Source: an uncultured Candidatus Saccharibacteria bacterium (GTDB taxonomy: Bacteria > Patescibacteriota > Saccharimonadia > Saccharimonadales > EFPC-124). Taken from it: a stretch of 62,967 bases of DNA. A program made the position numbers and the translations under genes. A model generated the notes under the pieces. That model saw only the letters and a program-made list of their open reading frames with translations, was not told the origin of the DNA and made no database searches. Where the stretch lies: NCBI GenBank assembly GCA_964447105.1, contig CAYURH010000003.1, positions 1-62,967 of the forward strand, written 5' to 3'. This document shows, piece after piece, positions 17,384 through 26,482 of this stretch (the first letter of the stretch is position 1; each line of letters starts with the position of its first letter).

Positions 17384-18823
17384 ATGCCTACACGTTCGGC
17401 CCGATTCTATAGTTTAGCGTTGTTAGTGGGCGATTTTTGCGTACTGTTGGCGGCCTTTGCGCTGGCTTATGTGTTGCGCGTGCAGATCGACCATCGACCA
17501 CTGCTCACTGGCCAAGTGTCTGGCGCAGATTTTTTGAACACCGCACTCCTACTTATCCCTATGTGGTTGATCGTCTTCGGATTCTTGGGGCTATATAGTA
17601 GTGGTATTTACAATAAACGGTTGCTCGAATGGGGCCGATTGCTGGTAGGAAGCGTGATCGGTATCCTGATCGTGATTGGCTACAGCTTTGTGGTAGACCG
17701 CGATGTGTTTCCAGCGCGGTTGGTGGTGGTGTATGCATTTATCGGTTCATTTGTGCTGTTGGTATTTGGCCGTGAGTGTTTGCGGCTGTTACGCACATTT
17801 GCTTTCCGGTTTGGCCGGGGGATCAGCCGAGTGCTGGTCATTGGCAATTCGGCCGCAACGCGCGATATCATAGCGCAGATGAGCGACACGGCGCATTCTG
17901 GCTACCGCATTGTGGCGGTGGCGGGGCCCAAATCGATTCTGCCTACTGGTTTCCGCGGCACATTGTATCCCACCGTGGAGCAGGCGCTCAACAAATTAAA
18001 AGCGCATCACATTACCACCATTATCCAAACTGACCTGTACGATTCGACAGAGCGCAACCAAAAAATCATGGGCGCCGCGCAAGCAAGCCACATCAACTAC
18101 AGCTTTATCCCCGGGGAGCCAGAATTCTATTCGGGCAAAAACACCGTGGACGTGTTTTTGGGCTACCCCATCATTTCGGTACACCAGACGCCGCTGGTGG
18201 GTTGGGGGACGATTGTCAAACGAATATTCGACACGCTGTCCACGCTGCTGCTCGTGGCTGTTCTGTCGCCCGTTTTCCTGCTTATCATTCTGCTGCAACT
18301 CATATTCAACCCCGGGCCGGTGTTTTATGTGAGCACGCGACTAACCCGCTATTCCAAAAGGTTTGGGCTGGTCAAATTCCGCAGCATGCGCCCTGAATTT
18401 GGCAAACGCGACGCGGCAGAAGATTTTGCCCGCATGGGCCGACAAGATTTGGTAGACGAATACTTGCGCACCCGCAAAGTAGTGAACGACCCGCGCATCA
18501 CCTGGTTTGGCAAATTTTTGCGAGCCACATCACTCGACGAAATCCCACAGTTTTTCAACGTTCTGCGTGGCGACCTGAGCTTGGTTGGCCCCCGCCCTAT
18601 CCTGCCGCAAGAACTCGACCTCTACCGAGGCCGCGGCGCCCTGCTGCATAGTGTTAAATCCGGCGTGACCGGCCTATGGCAGGTGAGCGGACGGAGCGAT
18701 TTGCCGTTTGAAACTCGAGTAGAGCTAGAATTGTATTACGCGCAAAACTGGAGCTTTTGGCTCGACATTAAAATCTTGCTCAAAACGATCCCGGCTTTGT
18801 TGAGAAAATCTGGAGCACGGTAA
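17384..18823 (+). CDS. Polyprenyl-phosphate glycosyl-1-phosphate transferase (WbaP/bacterial sugar transferase family), initiating enzyme
   Basis: Start at ATG 17384, preceded by AAGGA. It has N-terminal TM helices and a C-terminal catalytic domain: LVKFRSM...DEIPQFFNVLRGDLSLVGPRP...PGVTGLWQVSGRS. Confidence 0.88.
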   Translation: MPTRSARFYSLALLVGDFCVLLAAFALAYVLRVQIDHRPLLTGQVSGADFLNTALLLIPMWLIVFGFLGLYSSGIYNKRLLEWGRLLVGSVIGILIVIGYSFVVDRDVFPARLVVVYAFIGSFVLLVFGRECLRLLRTFAFRFGRGISRVLVIGNSAATRDIIAQMSDTAHSGYRIVAVAGPKSILPTGFRGTLYPTVEQALNKLKAHHITTIIQTDLYDSTERNQKIMGAAQASHINYSFIPGEPEFYSGKNTVDVFLGYPIISVHQTPLVGWGTIVKRIFDTLSTLLLVAVLSPVFLLIILLQLIFNPGPVFYVSTRLTRYSKRFGLVKFRSMRPEFGKRDAAEDFARMGRQDLVDEYLRTRKVVNDPRITWFGKFLRATSLDEIPQFFNVLRGDLSLVGPRPILPQELDLYRGRGALLHSVKSGVTGLWQVSGRSDLPFETRVELELYYAQNWSFWLDIKILLKTIPALLRKSGAR

Positions 18824-18824
18824 G

Positions 18825-18860
18825 TTGGGGAATGGGGGCTAGGAACTAGGAAATGGGGTT
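18825..18860. repeat. Left arm of the 36-nt inverted repeat flanking the four-helix-bundle gene
   Basis: ttggggaatgggggctaggaactaggaaatggggtt. 30 of 36 positions complement the right arm at 19231-19266. This arm contains the ATG of the enclosed gene. Confidence 0.8.
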
Positions 18861-19230
18861 AGCTGCAAAAAATTTTGAAGACCTAGATGCGTGGCAAAAA
18901 GCAATCGACTTGGCTGTATACGTTTATAAAGCCACAAAGACCTTTCCCAAAAGCGAACAGTATTCGCTCACCAATCAAATGCGTCGCGCCGTCGCTTCTG
19001 TGTCTGCAAATCTGGCAGAAGGCTTCGGCCGCCATAGCCCAAAAGAAAAGCTGCAATTTTATAAAATCGCCAATGGCTCGTTGCTGGAAGTAAAAAGCTT
19101 CTACTATCTTGCAAATCGGCTAGACTACATAGACAAGAGCGGCCTGGATGATTTTCTAACCTTATGCGTCACTACCCAAAAACTCATTAATGCGTTGATT
19201 CGCTCAATAAGGGAAAAACATGGCCTCTGA
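18853..19230 (+). CDS. Four-helix-bundle protein (23S rRNA intervening-sequence protein / S23-type family, Avd-like fold)
   Basis: FEDLDAWQKAIDLAVYVYKATKTFPKSEQYSLTNQMRRAVASVSANLAEGFGRHSPKEKLQFYKIANGSLLEVKSFYYLA matches the family consensus closely. Confidence 0.88.
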   Translation: MGLAAKNFEDLDAWQKAIDLAVYVYKATKTFPKSEQYSLTNQMRRAVASVSANLAEGFGRHSPKEKLQFYKIANGSLLEVKSFYYLANRLDYIDKSGLDDFLTLCVTTQKLINALIRSIREKHGL

Positions 19231-20359
19231 AACCCCAGTTCCCAGTTCCAAACCCCCATCCCCCAGTGTAGCCATAATCTGTGACTGGCTCACCAACACC
19301 GGCGGCGCCGAAAAAACAGTCTACGCCATACACAAAGCCTTCCCCGACGCCCCCGTGTTTACATCTGTCTACGAGCCCGAAAACATGCGCGACTTTGCTG
19401 GCGTGGATGTGCGCACCACCTGGCTGCAGCGCTTTCCTAAATTTTTGCGCGTTCGCCATCAGCTATTCCCCGTGCTACGCGCATTCGCTTTTCGGCGGCT
19501 TGATTTGCGCGACTATGACGTGATCATATCGCTGGCCAGCGCCGAAGCCAAAGCCGTGCGCAAACGCCCCGGCGCCGTGCACATTTGCTACTGCCACACC
19601 CCAACGCGCTATTACTGGAGCCACTACGACGAATATCTGCGCAACCCCGGATTTGGCCCACTCAATCCGATCATCCGCCTGGTCATGCCGCCATTTGTGC
19701 GCTGGATGCGCCGGCTAGATTTGCGATCGGTCGCTGGCGTAGATCAGTTTATCGCCAATTCGCGCGAAGTGCAGGCGCGCATCAAAAAATATTACAAACG
19801 CGATGCCACGGTCATTAATCCACCAGTCGAAATGCAATTATTCCGCAGGTTAGACATAAACAAACCGCGCCATGGCCTCATTATGGTCGGCCGCCAAGTT
19901 GCCTACAAACGGTACGACCTGGGTATACAAGCTTGCAACGAACTCAAACTGCCACTCACCGTAGTGGGCAACGGGCCAGAGCACCATAAGCTACAAGCCA
20001 TAGGCGGACCAACCATTACATTTGTGCAGGCCGACGACAAACAAAAAGCTGAGCTCCTGGCCACATCCGAAGCGTTTCTGTTCCCACAATTCGAAGATTT
20101 CGGCATCGTGCAAGTAGAAGCCATGGCCGCCGGCACACCAGTAATTGCCTACGCCAAAGGCGGCTCACTCGACGCGGTGGTAGATGGCAAAACAGGAGTG
20201 TTTTTTGACAAGCAAACGGTGGAAGCGCTTAAAAAGGCGATTGTAGAATTTCAGGGCAAAAAGTTTGATCACAAGGCGATTCAAAAACACGCTGAAGAAT
20301 TTAGCGAAGAGCGGTTTATGAAACAAATTACAGATTTAATACATAAGATCGATAGTTAG
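19220..20359 (+). CDS. Glycosyltransferase family 4
   Basis: VAIICDWLTNTGGAEK...FLFPQFEDFGIVQVEAMAAGTPVIAYAKGGSLDAVVDGKTGVFF. The first 16 codons (MASETPVPSSKPPSPS) are encoded by the cassette and its repeat arm. Confidence 0.85.
   Translation: MASETPVPSSKPPSPSVAIICDWLTNTGGAEKTVYAIHKAFPDAPVFTSVYEPENMRDFAGVDVRTTWLQRFPKFLRVRHQLFPVLRAFAFRRLDLRDYDVIISLASAEAKAVRKRPGAVHICYCHTPTRYYWSHYDEYLRNPGFGPLNPIIRLVMPPFVRWMRRLDLRSVAGVDQFIANSREVQARIKKYYKRDATVINPPVEMQLFRRLDINKPRHGLIMVGRQVAYKRYDLGIQACNELKLPLTVVGNGPEHHKLQAIGGPTITFVQADDKQKAELLATSEAFLFPQFEDFGIVQVEAMAAGTPVIAYAKGGSLDAVVDGKTGVFFDKQTVEALKKAIVEFQGKKFDHKAIQKHAEEFSEERFMKQITDLIHKIDS
19231..19266. repeat. Right arm of the 36-nt inverted repeat
   Basis: aaccccagttcccagttccaaacccccatcccccag. 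It starts one base after the TGA of the four-helix-bundle gene and lies inside codons 4-16 of the downstream GT4 gene. Confidence 0.8.
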
Positions 20360-20363
20360 CTCC

Positions 20364-20392
20364 GGGGGTGTGAGGATCAGCCCCACACCCCC
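20364..20392. terminator. GC-rich hairpin between convergent genes (putative bidirectional terminator)
   Basis: gggggtgtg ... cacaccccc, a 9-bp stem. No clear T-run follows it. Confidence 0.45.
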
Positions 20393-20413
20393 TTAATCCT
20401 CCGCCAGCAACCG

Positions 20414-21991
20414 CTAGGGGGCAGAGAACGTCGTGCCTGCACTCGCGACAACCGCTGGGCCAGCCCAGGGTTGGCCGGGGTTAACCCAGAAGGCGCTCAG
20501 ACTGTTGTTGGGGCCCTGAGTGAACGCCTGGGTGAAACCATTACTCTGGTTCACTGCGGCGGCCGGGTCGGAATACGCCAAGCCCGGCAGTGTAGCGGGC
20601 CCACTCCAGGGTTGCCCCGGGAAAGTCCAATAGGTGTTCAGTGAATTGGACTGCCCCTCTGCGAAAACCTGAGTGAATTGATTACTCTGCGTAACCGTAG
20701 CCGCCGGAGCAGAATACGCCAGGCCGGGCAACGTGGCCGGGCCAGCCCATGGCTGTCCCGGGTTGACCCAATAGCCGTACAGGCTGTTGTTGGGGCCCTG
20801 AGTGAACGCCTGGGTGAAGCCAGACGACTGGATGGTCACGACTGCAGGCGCCGAAAACGTTGTGCCGGCTCCGGCAATCACCGCCGGACCGTTCCATGGT
20901 TGACCAGGATTGACCCAATAACCATTCAAGCTATTGTTTGGGCCTTGAGCCATAACCTGCGTAAAGCCCGAAGACTGAACGACGGTTGCCGCCGGGTCGG
21001 AATACGCCAAGCCCGGCAGTGTAGCGGGCCCACTCCAGGGTTGCCCCGGATTGGTCCAGTAAGCGTTCAGTGCGTGGTTGGGACCTTGCACGAAGACCTG
21101 AGTAAACCCACTGCTTTGTGTTACAACGGCCGCCGGCGCCGAAAACGTCGTGCCGGCTCCGGCAACGACCGCAGGCCCGTTCCACGCTTGTCCAGGAAAG
21201 CCCCAATACGCAAGCAGACTGTTGTTGGGGCCCTGGGCAAACGCCTCCGTGAAACCATTCGATTGGGTGATCACGGTCGAAACGTCCGAAAACGTCGTGC
21301 CCGCACCCGCAACAACTGCCGGGCCGGCCCAAGGCTGACCGGGGTTAACCCAATAGTCGTACAAACTGTTGTTGGGGCCTTGCACCAACATTTGAGTGAA
21401 GCCGTTGTTGTAGCTAACGACGACACCGGAGTTGCTGCTGGAGGCGTCAGAATTAACAGGCGGGTTCAGATCCTTGAAATGAATATACCCACTCGGCAGA
21501 TCCGCCCCGGTGATCTTCTTCCAGTGGAAATTACCACCCCAGTTGTCCTCGGATACGATGATGTACCCGGCTCCGTAGCCTTCGACGATCGCCACATGGC
21601 CGTCGGTATGTCCGGCCACTCCGTAACCCCACCATGCCACAGCGCCAAGCGCCGGATTCTGGTCAGGCGCGAAGCCCTGGCTGGTGGCGTTCGACCCCCA
21701 ACTACCGGCATTGCCAAGGCCCGTGTGAGCCGGCGAACCGTTCTGGGTCAGTACGTACGCGACGTAATTGGTGCAGTTGTGGCCGGTGTACGCACCCCAG
21801 TACGAGCTTCCGTTGTTCGCTTCGTAGCCACGATCGGGGTACCCGCCATCGCGGCAACCCGAATAGCCCGTGCACAGCGTAGTCACCGATGCAGAAGCCG
21901 CCTGCGGCGCGACAACGGCAACACCCACTGCAACAAGCAGCGCGACGACAAGCCTGGCAGGCCATTTGCGCAAAGAGCGCAAAGCGCTCAC
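20414..21991 (-). CDS. Secreted CHAP-domain peptidoglycan hydrolase fused to seven about 48-aa repeats (beta-propeller-like)
   Basis: It has a signal peptide. CHAP motifs are HNCTNYVAYVL (Cys), GHVAIVEGYG (His) and VSEDNWGG. Seven repeats of GFTQ.F.QGPNNSL..YW.NPGQPW.GPA follow. Confidence 0.8.
   Translation of the reverse strand: MSALRSLRKWPARLVVALLVAVGVAVVAPQAASASVTTLCTGYSGCRDGGYPDRGYEANNGSSYWGAYTGHNCTNYVAYVLTQNGSPAHTGLGNAGSWGSNATSQGFAPDQNPALGAVAWWGYGVAGHTDGHVAIVEGYGAGYIIVSEDNWGGNFHWKKITGADLPSGYIHFKDLNPPVNSDASSSNSGVVVSYNNGFTQMLVQGPNNSLYDYWVNPGQPWAGPAVVAGAGTTFSDVSTVITQSNGFTEAFAQGPNNSLLAYWGFPGQAWNGPAVVAGAGTTFSAPAAVVTQSSGFTQVFVQGPNHALNAYWTNPGQPWSGPATLPGLAYSDPAATVVQSSGFTQVMAQGPNNSLNGYWVNPGQPWNGPAVIAGAGTTFSAPAVVTIQSSGFTQAFTQGPNNSLYGYWVNPGQPWAGPATLPGLAYSAPAATVTQSNQFTQVFAEGQSNSLNTYWTFPGQPWSGPATLPGLAYSDPAAAVNQSNGFTQAFTQGPNNSLSAFWVNPGQPWAGPAVVASAGTTFSAP
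20417..21427 (-). repeat. Seven tandem coding repeats (about 144 nt each) in the CHAP protein
   Basis: The repeat cores are GFTQMLVQ, GFTEAFAQ, GFTQVFVQ, GFTQVMAQ, GFTQAFTQ, QFTQVFAE and GFTQAFTQ. Each is followed by GPNNSL..YW..PGQPW.GPA. Confidence 0.8.
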
Positions 21992-22113
21992 CTCCTAGGT
22001 ACAATTGCGCCGACAAAAAGCCGGTTCAGCGCCTACTACGTTTCAGCGCTCGCATGCGTTGTATTTACGCATAGTTTGGGGTAGAAAGTAAATGCTTAAT
22101 CTAGACGATCGTT

Positions 22114-23826
22114 CTAATACCCACCATACCCCCCGCCGTACGACAACCCGTACGCCGGTTTGTGATAATCCGTTACCTTCAGCGGTGTGTCTGCCCCGCT
22201 GGCTGGCAAGATGTATAGTTCGCTGTTGTTTTTGGACACCAATACGTAGTTGTCGGTGAACCAGCCGTATTGGCGGTAGCCGGTGTCTAGTTTGGCGATT
22301 TCTTTTTCGTTTTCGCCGTTTTGGTCACCAGTCAGCATGACGGCTTTGCCGTCGCGGGCTTCGGCCCAAAATACTTGTTTGGCAGATGGCGACTGCAGGA
22401 ATACGGGGTAGCTCGCGTTGTAAAAGGCTTGTTCATCTAGTTTGACTTCGCTCAGTTTGCCATCTTTGTATTCGTATTCTTTGTTGCCGCCGTACATGTT
22501 GCCTAGTATGCGCACTTCGCGTGGTTCATACTGGCGCACGTCGTAGCCGGTGGCTTTGTCGCGGGTGGTTTCTACCACTGTTTTGGCGCCGGTTCCGTCG
22601 GCTTGCACGCTATATACGCCAATTTTGGTGCCGGCTGGGTAGGTTTGAATGTTGTACCAGTTGGTATATATCACTTCGTTGCCGATAAGGGTGATGGATG
22701 GGCCATAGTAGGGCTGCGATTTATACAGCTCGGTCAATTTGCCGCTGGTGGCGTCGTAACTTTTGATCGATCGCTTGCCGGCTTGGTCTTCGCCCACATT
22801 GGTGCGCACCACATGGTACACCAACCGGCTGTCGGCCCAGCCGCTTACGGTAAATTCAGCCGTGCCTTCGTCGATGACGCTCATTTTGTCGTCGGCGGTG
22901 GTGATTAGGTATAGCTTGGCTGGTTTGTCGTCGCGTTTGGATTTGAACGCCAGGTACTTCCAGTCGCGGCTGGCGATTAACTGCGTGTCATATTCGTCTT
23001 CTTTGCCCGTGGCTTGCACCACCACTTTGGCGTTGCCGCCGTCTAGGTCGGATTTCATGACATTGATTTTGCCGGTGCGCTTGCTTAGGAAATAGATTGT
23101 GCCGCTCGGGACCATGGCAAAAGTATTTCTGTCGTCTTTTTGCTCGGTTATGGTGATGGTGGCGGTTTGCGTATTAAAACCGTCGGCTTTTAGTTCGGCT
23201 TGTACGGTGGTTTGGTCAGCTGGAGCGATGAGTGTGGCTTCGCCGTTGTCGTCGGTAATAGCTGTGGCTTGACCGGCGGTGATCATGACTTTGGCCAGGT
23301 GTTTACCCCCAACTTTGTTGTTGATTACCACGGGTACTTGGCGGCCGGTGGCTTCGATTTTGACCGTACCGGCATCGGCGTTGCTTAAAATAGGCACCGT
23401 GACGGTTACGTTGGACTGCTTGTAAAATGTTTTATACGCAGCCAGCGTATATTGACCTACTGGCACTTGGCGCACAGTGGCTTTGCCGTCTTTGTCGGTT
23501 TTGGCGCTTTGCGAACCTACGCTTACGGTAGCGTCGCTCACTGGTTTGCCCGTTTTGGCGTCTTGCAGGGTTACGCTGACGTCTTTTTTAATAAACATTC
23601 CGGCAACAGCGTAGCGAGTAAACGGCACGGCGGTGATGCTGGCAACTAAAACCGCCAGCAATACCATGGCGGCAACAACTTTACCCTTTTTGGTCTTTAA
23701 AAATTCGCGCAGGCGATGCGCCAAGGGTGTCTTGGCGCTACCTGCAACTGGCTTCTCGGCCTCTGATTTTGGAGGCATTTTTTCTGCAACTGGTGTTTCT
23801 GGCGTTTTTTCTTTTTCGCTTGCCAT
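22114..23826 (-). CDS. Membrane-anchored extracytoplasmic protein with carboxypeptidase-regulatory-like Ig domains and a TolB/DPP-IV-like beta-propeller region
   Basis: One N-terminal TM helix (VVAAMVLLAVLVASITAV). Next comes VSVTLQDAKTGKPVSDATVSVGSQSAKTDKDGKATVRQVPVGQYTL. Then IYFLSKRTGKINVMKSDLDGGNAKVVV...KLYLITTADDKMSVI. The tail is YGGGYGGY. Confidence 0.55.
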   Translation of the reverse strand: MASEKEKTPETPVAEKMPPKSEAEKPVAGSAKTPLAHRLREFLKTKKGKVVAAMVLLAVLVASITAVPFTRYAVAGMFIKKDVSVTLQDAKTGKPVSDATVSVGSQSAKTDKDGKATVRQVPVGQYTLAAYKTFYKQSNVTVTVPILSNADAGTVKIEATGRQVPVVINNKVGGKHLAKVMITAGQATAITDDNGEATLIAPADQTTVQAELKADGFNTQTATITITEQKDDRNTFAMVPSGTIYFLSKRTGKINVMKSDLDGGNAKVVVQATGKEDEYDTQLIASRDWKYLAFKSKRDDKPAKLYLITTADDKMSVIDEGTAEFTVSGWADSRLVYHVVRTNVGEDQAGKRSIKSYDATSGKLTELYKSQPYYGPSITLIGNEVIYTNWYNIQTYPAGTKIGVYSVQADGTGAKTVVETTRDKATGYDVRQYEPREVRILGNMYGGNKEYEYKDGKLSEVKLDEQAFYNASYPVFLQSPSAKQVFWAEARDGKAVMLTGDQNGENEKEIAKLDTGYRQYGWFTDNYVLVSKNNSELYILPASGADTPLKVTDYHKPAYGLSYGGGYGGY

Positions 23827-23934
23827 ACTAATTTACCTTGCTACCAGTAGCGTAAGCGTTTTGGGGTAATTGTGCAAGTCTATTGTGTATAACACTCGCG
23901 TTTCACGCGGCACCATGGTGTAAAATAAAATTAC

Positions 23935-24951
23935 ATGCCTAAAATGTTAATAACCGGCGGCGCAGGGTTTATTGGTTCGAACTTTGTGCACTATACGGTT
24001 CAGAACCATCCGGATTACGAAATTATTGTGGTCGATTCGCTGACATACGCTGGCGATATGGGGCGCCTGGCGGCGGTGAAAGACAAAATCACATTCCACC
24101 AAGCCGACATCTGCGACTTTGACAAAATGGTAGAACTAACCAAAGGCGTAGACATGATCGCGCACTTTGCCGCGCATAGTCATGTAGACCGATCTATCGC
24201 CGACCCAGGTCCGTTTTTGCAATCCAACATTATGGGCACCGACAGCATTGCGCGCGCTGCCATCAAAAATGGCGTTAAGCGATTTCATCATGTGTCCACC
24301 GACGAAGTATTTGGCGCCTTGCCGCTAGACCAACCCGAAATAAAATTTAGCGAAACCACCCCGTACGCACCGCGCAGCCCGTATTCTGCCAGCAAAGCCG
24401 CCAGCGACCACATTGTGCGCGCCTACGGCGAAAGTTACGGCCTACCCTACACCATTACCAATTGCTCCAACAACTATGGCCCTTGGGATTCGCCCGGCCG
24501 CGTGATTCCGGTGTTTATTGCCAAAGCGCTGGCCGACCAGCCACTGCCCATCTACGGCAAAGGCCAAGCTATTCGTGACTACCTCTTCGTCGACGATCAC
24601 TGCAGCGCCATCGACATGGCCATCCACCAGGGCAAAGTCGAACAAACCTACTGCGTGGGCGGCGCAGCGCAGCGCAATGGCATACAAATTGCCGAAACCA
24701 TTTTACAAGCCCTAGGCAAACCCAAAGACATGGTGCAATACGTTACCGACCGCCCCGGCCACGACATGCGCTACGACATCGACGCCACCTACATCGAAAA
24801 CACGCTGGGTTGGAAGCAAAGCGTGTCGTTTGAACAAGGCATTGCCAAAACAGTGCAGTGGTACAAAGACAATCAGGATTGGTGGCGACCGTTTTACGAG
24901 CGGTTTGATTTGATGCGCAGTAGTGGTATGTATAACGCTAAGGCAAAGTAA
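23935..24951 (+). CDS. rfbB: dTDP-glucose 4,6-dehydratase
   Basis: LITGGAGFIGSNFVHY...HVSTDEVFG...YSASKAASDHIVRAY...RPGHDMRYDID. Confidence 0.93.
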   Translation: MPKMLITGGAGFIGSNFVHYTVQNHPDYEIIVVDSLTYAGDMGRLAAVKDKITFHQADICDFDKMVELTKGVDMIAHFAAHSHVDRSIADPGPFLQSNIMGTDSIARAAIKNGVKRFHHVSTDEVFGALPLDQPEIKFSETTPYAPRSPYSASKAASDHIVRAYGESYGLPYTITNCSNNYGPWDSPGRVIPVFIAKALADQPLPIYGKGQAIRDYLFVDDHCSAIDMAIHQGKVEQTYCVGGAAQRNGIQIAETILQALGKPKDMVQYVTDRPGHDMRYDIDATYIENTLGWKQSVSFEQGIAKTVQWYKDNQDWWRPFYERFDLMRSSGMYNAKAK

Positions 24952-25514
24952 TGGATATGAACTTCTGCCGGCGCTGTGGCACCAAGCTAACACACAAATC
25001 TGACAGTGCCTACACTTGTGCTAATGACCACCCAATATACACTAATCCTATACCGTCTGTGGGTGTCTTTTTTGTAACGCCCGACTTACGACTACTACTC
25101 GCCGTACGCGGCGTTGAACCACACAAAGGCATGTTAGACGCATTCGGCGGCATAGTGGATATAAGTGATGAAAGTTTAGAAGCTGCTGCCCGGCGCGAGC
25201 TGCAAGAAGAACTATCACTATCGCCCACAGAATACGAACCACTGCAATATCTAACCAGTTTTGCCACGCCCTATGACTACAAGCATGAAACGCTTCGTGT
25301 TATGAGTGCACTCTATTGGACACGATTAAAAACTGACCGCTCTTTAACCGCTGCAGATGACGTTGCCGCCATTAAATCGGTACCCTTGAGCGAAGTGGAT
25401 TTGACCAAGCTGCACGCCGACGACATTCGCAAAGGCGTAAAGGCGTTGCAGCAATTACTGCTCACTAATAAACCCAAAGATAAACAAACACAGGCTATTC
25501 ACGAGTTAAAATGA
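24951..25514 (+). CDS. Nudix hydrolase with N-terminal zinc-ribbon (NudC-like core)
   Basis: CRRCGTKLTHKSDSAYTCANDH, then a Nudix box GGIVDISDESLEAAARRELQEELSL. It is translationally coupled on both sides (TAATG and ATGA overlaps). Confidence 0.75.
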   Translation: MDMNFCRRCGTKLTHKSDSAYTCANDHPIYTNPIPSVGVFFVTPDLRLLLAVRGVEPHKGMLDAFGGIVDISDESLEAAARRELQEELSLSPTEYEPLQYLTSFATPYDYKHETLRVMSALYWTRLKTDRSLTAADDVAAIKSVPLSEVDLTKLHADDIRKGVKALQQLLLTNKPKDKQTQAIHELK

Positions 25515-25531
25515 TACTTAATGGAGGACAT

Positions 25532-26473
25532 ATGAAAAAAATTCTGATCTTCGGCAACGGCCAAATCGCTAACTTCTACAAAAATTATTTTGGCGCGAAG
25601 GGCGATGAGCTGCAGATAGCTGAAGCCGACGTGACCAACATCGACGAAGTTCGCAAAGCGGTTGAAGATTACCAGCCAACCACTGTCATCAACACCGCCG
25701 CCAAAACCAGCCTGGAATGGTGCGGCGAAAACCGTCTGGAAGCGTTTAACGTCAATGTGCTCGGTGCAGCCAACATTGCCAAAGTATGCGACGAACAAAA
25801 AGTCTACCTCATCCACTATTCCAGCGGCTGCATTTTTAGCAGCGTGGATGGCAAAGACGCCAAATCCGAAACCGACCTGCCCAATCCATCGTCATACTAC
25901 GGTTGGACCAAAGTGTGGTCTGAAGAAATGGTGATGTTTGAACGATCAGCCGACTTCAAATGTCTAATCTTGCGCCCACGCCAACCAGTATCTGCCCAGG
26001 TGAACCACAAAAACATGTTGGTCAAAATGCTCACATTCACGCAGTTTATCGACACCGCCAACAGCGGTACCGTCATTGAAGACTTGATGGAATGGACCGA
26101 CCAGCTTATCGACAAACAAGCTACCGGCATCTTGCACGTCGCCAACAGTGGATTTACCACACCGTACAATATTGGCCTGATGATCAAAGAATTCATTTTG
26201 CCCGGGCTAGAACCAGAAAAAATCAGCAAAGCCCAACTAGACAAAATGACGCCAAATACTCGCGTAGACACCGTGCTCACCATCGACAAACTCGTAGGTA
26301 TGGGTATCGCTGTTAAACCCTACGAAGAACGCCTACGCGAAATCGTAAAACAACTTGGCGACAACATCAAAGCCATGGACAAAGCACAACTCCAGCACGA
26401 ACTCGAAGACACCGCCGAAGCATCGCGCCAACGCGCTATCGTCAACACCCAGTACGAAACACTCTATAAATAA
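25532..26473 (+). CDS. RmlD-fold SDR resembling bifunctional NDP-4-keto-6-deoxyhexose 3,5-epimerase/4-reductase (NRS/ER-like)
   Basis: ATG 25532 follows GGAGGA. KILIFGNGQIANF...VINTAAKTSLEWCGENRLEAFNVNVLGAANIAKVCDEQKVYLIHYSSGCIFSS...YYGWTKVWSEEMV. The GCIF and Y-x3-K regions match my recollection of plant/giant-virus NRS/ER more closely than classical RmlD (STDYVF). Confidence 0.6.
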   Translation: MKKILIFGNGQIANFYKNYFGAKGDELQIAEADVTNIDEVRKAVEDYQPTTVINTAAKTSLEWCGENRLEAFNVNVLGAANIAKVCDEQKVYLIHYSSGCIFSSVDGKDAKSETDLPNPSSYYGWTKVWSEEMVMFERSADFKCLILRPRQPVSAQVNHKNMLVKMLTFTQFIDTANSGTVIEDLMEWTDQLIDKQATGILHVANSGFTTPYNIGLMIKEFILPGLEPEKISKAQLDKMTPNTRVDTVLTIDKLVGMGIAVKPYEERLREIVKQLGDNIKAMDKAQLQHELEDTAEASRQRAIVNTQYETLYK

Positions 26474-26482
26474 GGAGGCCCC

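Noticed and set aside
20678-22084. 468-aa plus-strand ORF, the longest unannotated ORF in the track
   Set aside because: It lies entirely antisense to the CHAP/seven-repeat gene. It is extremely Arg/Pro/Gly-rich and low in complexity, and its repeats mirror the sense-strand repeats. It is a shadow ORF created by the codon composition of the real gene.
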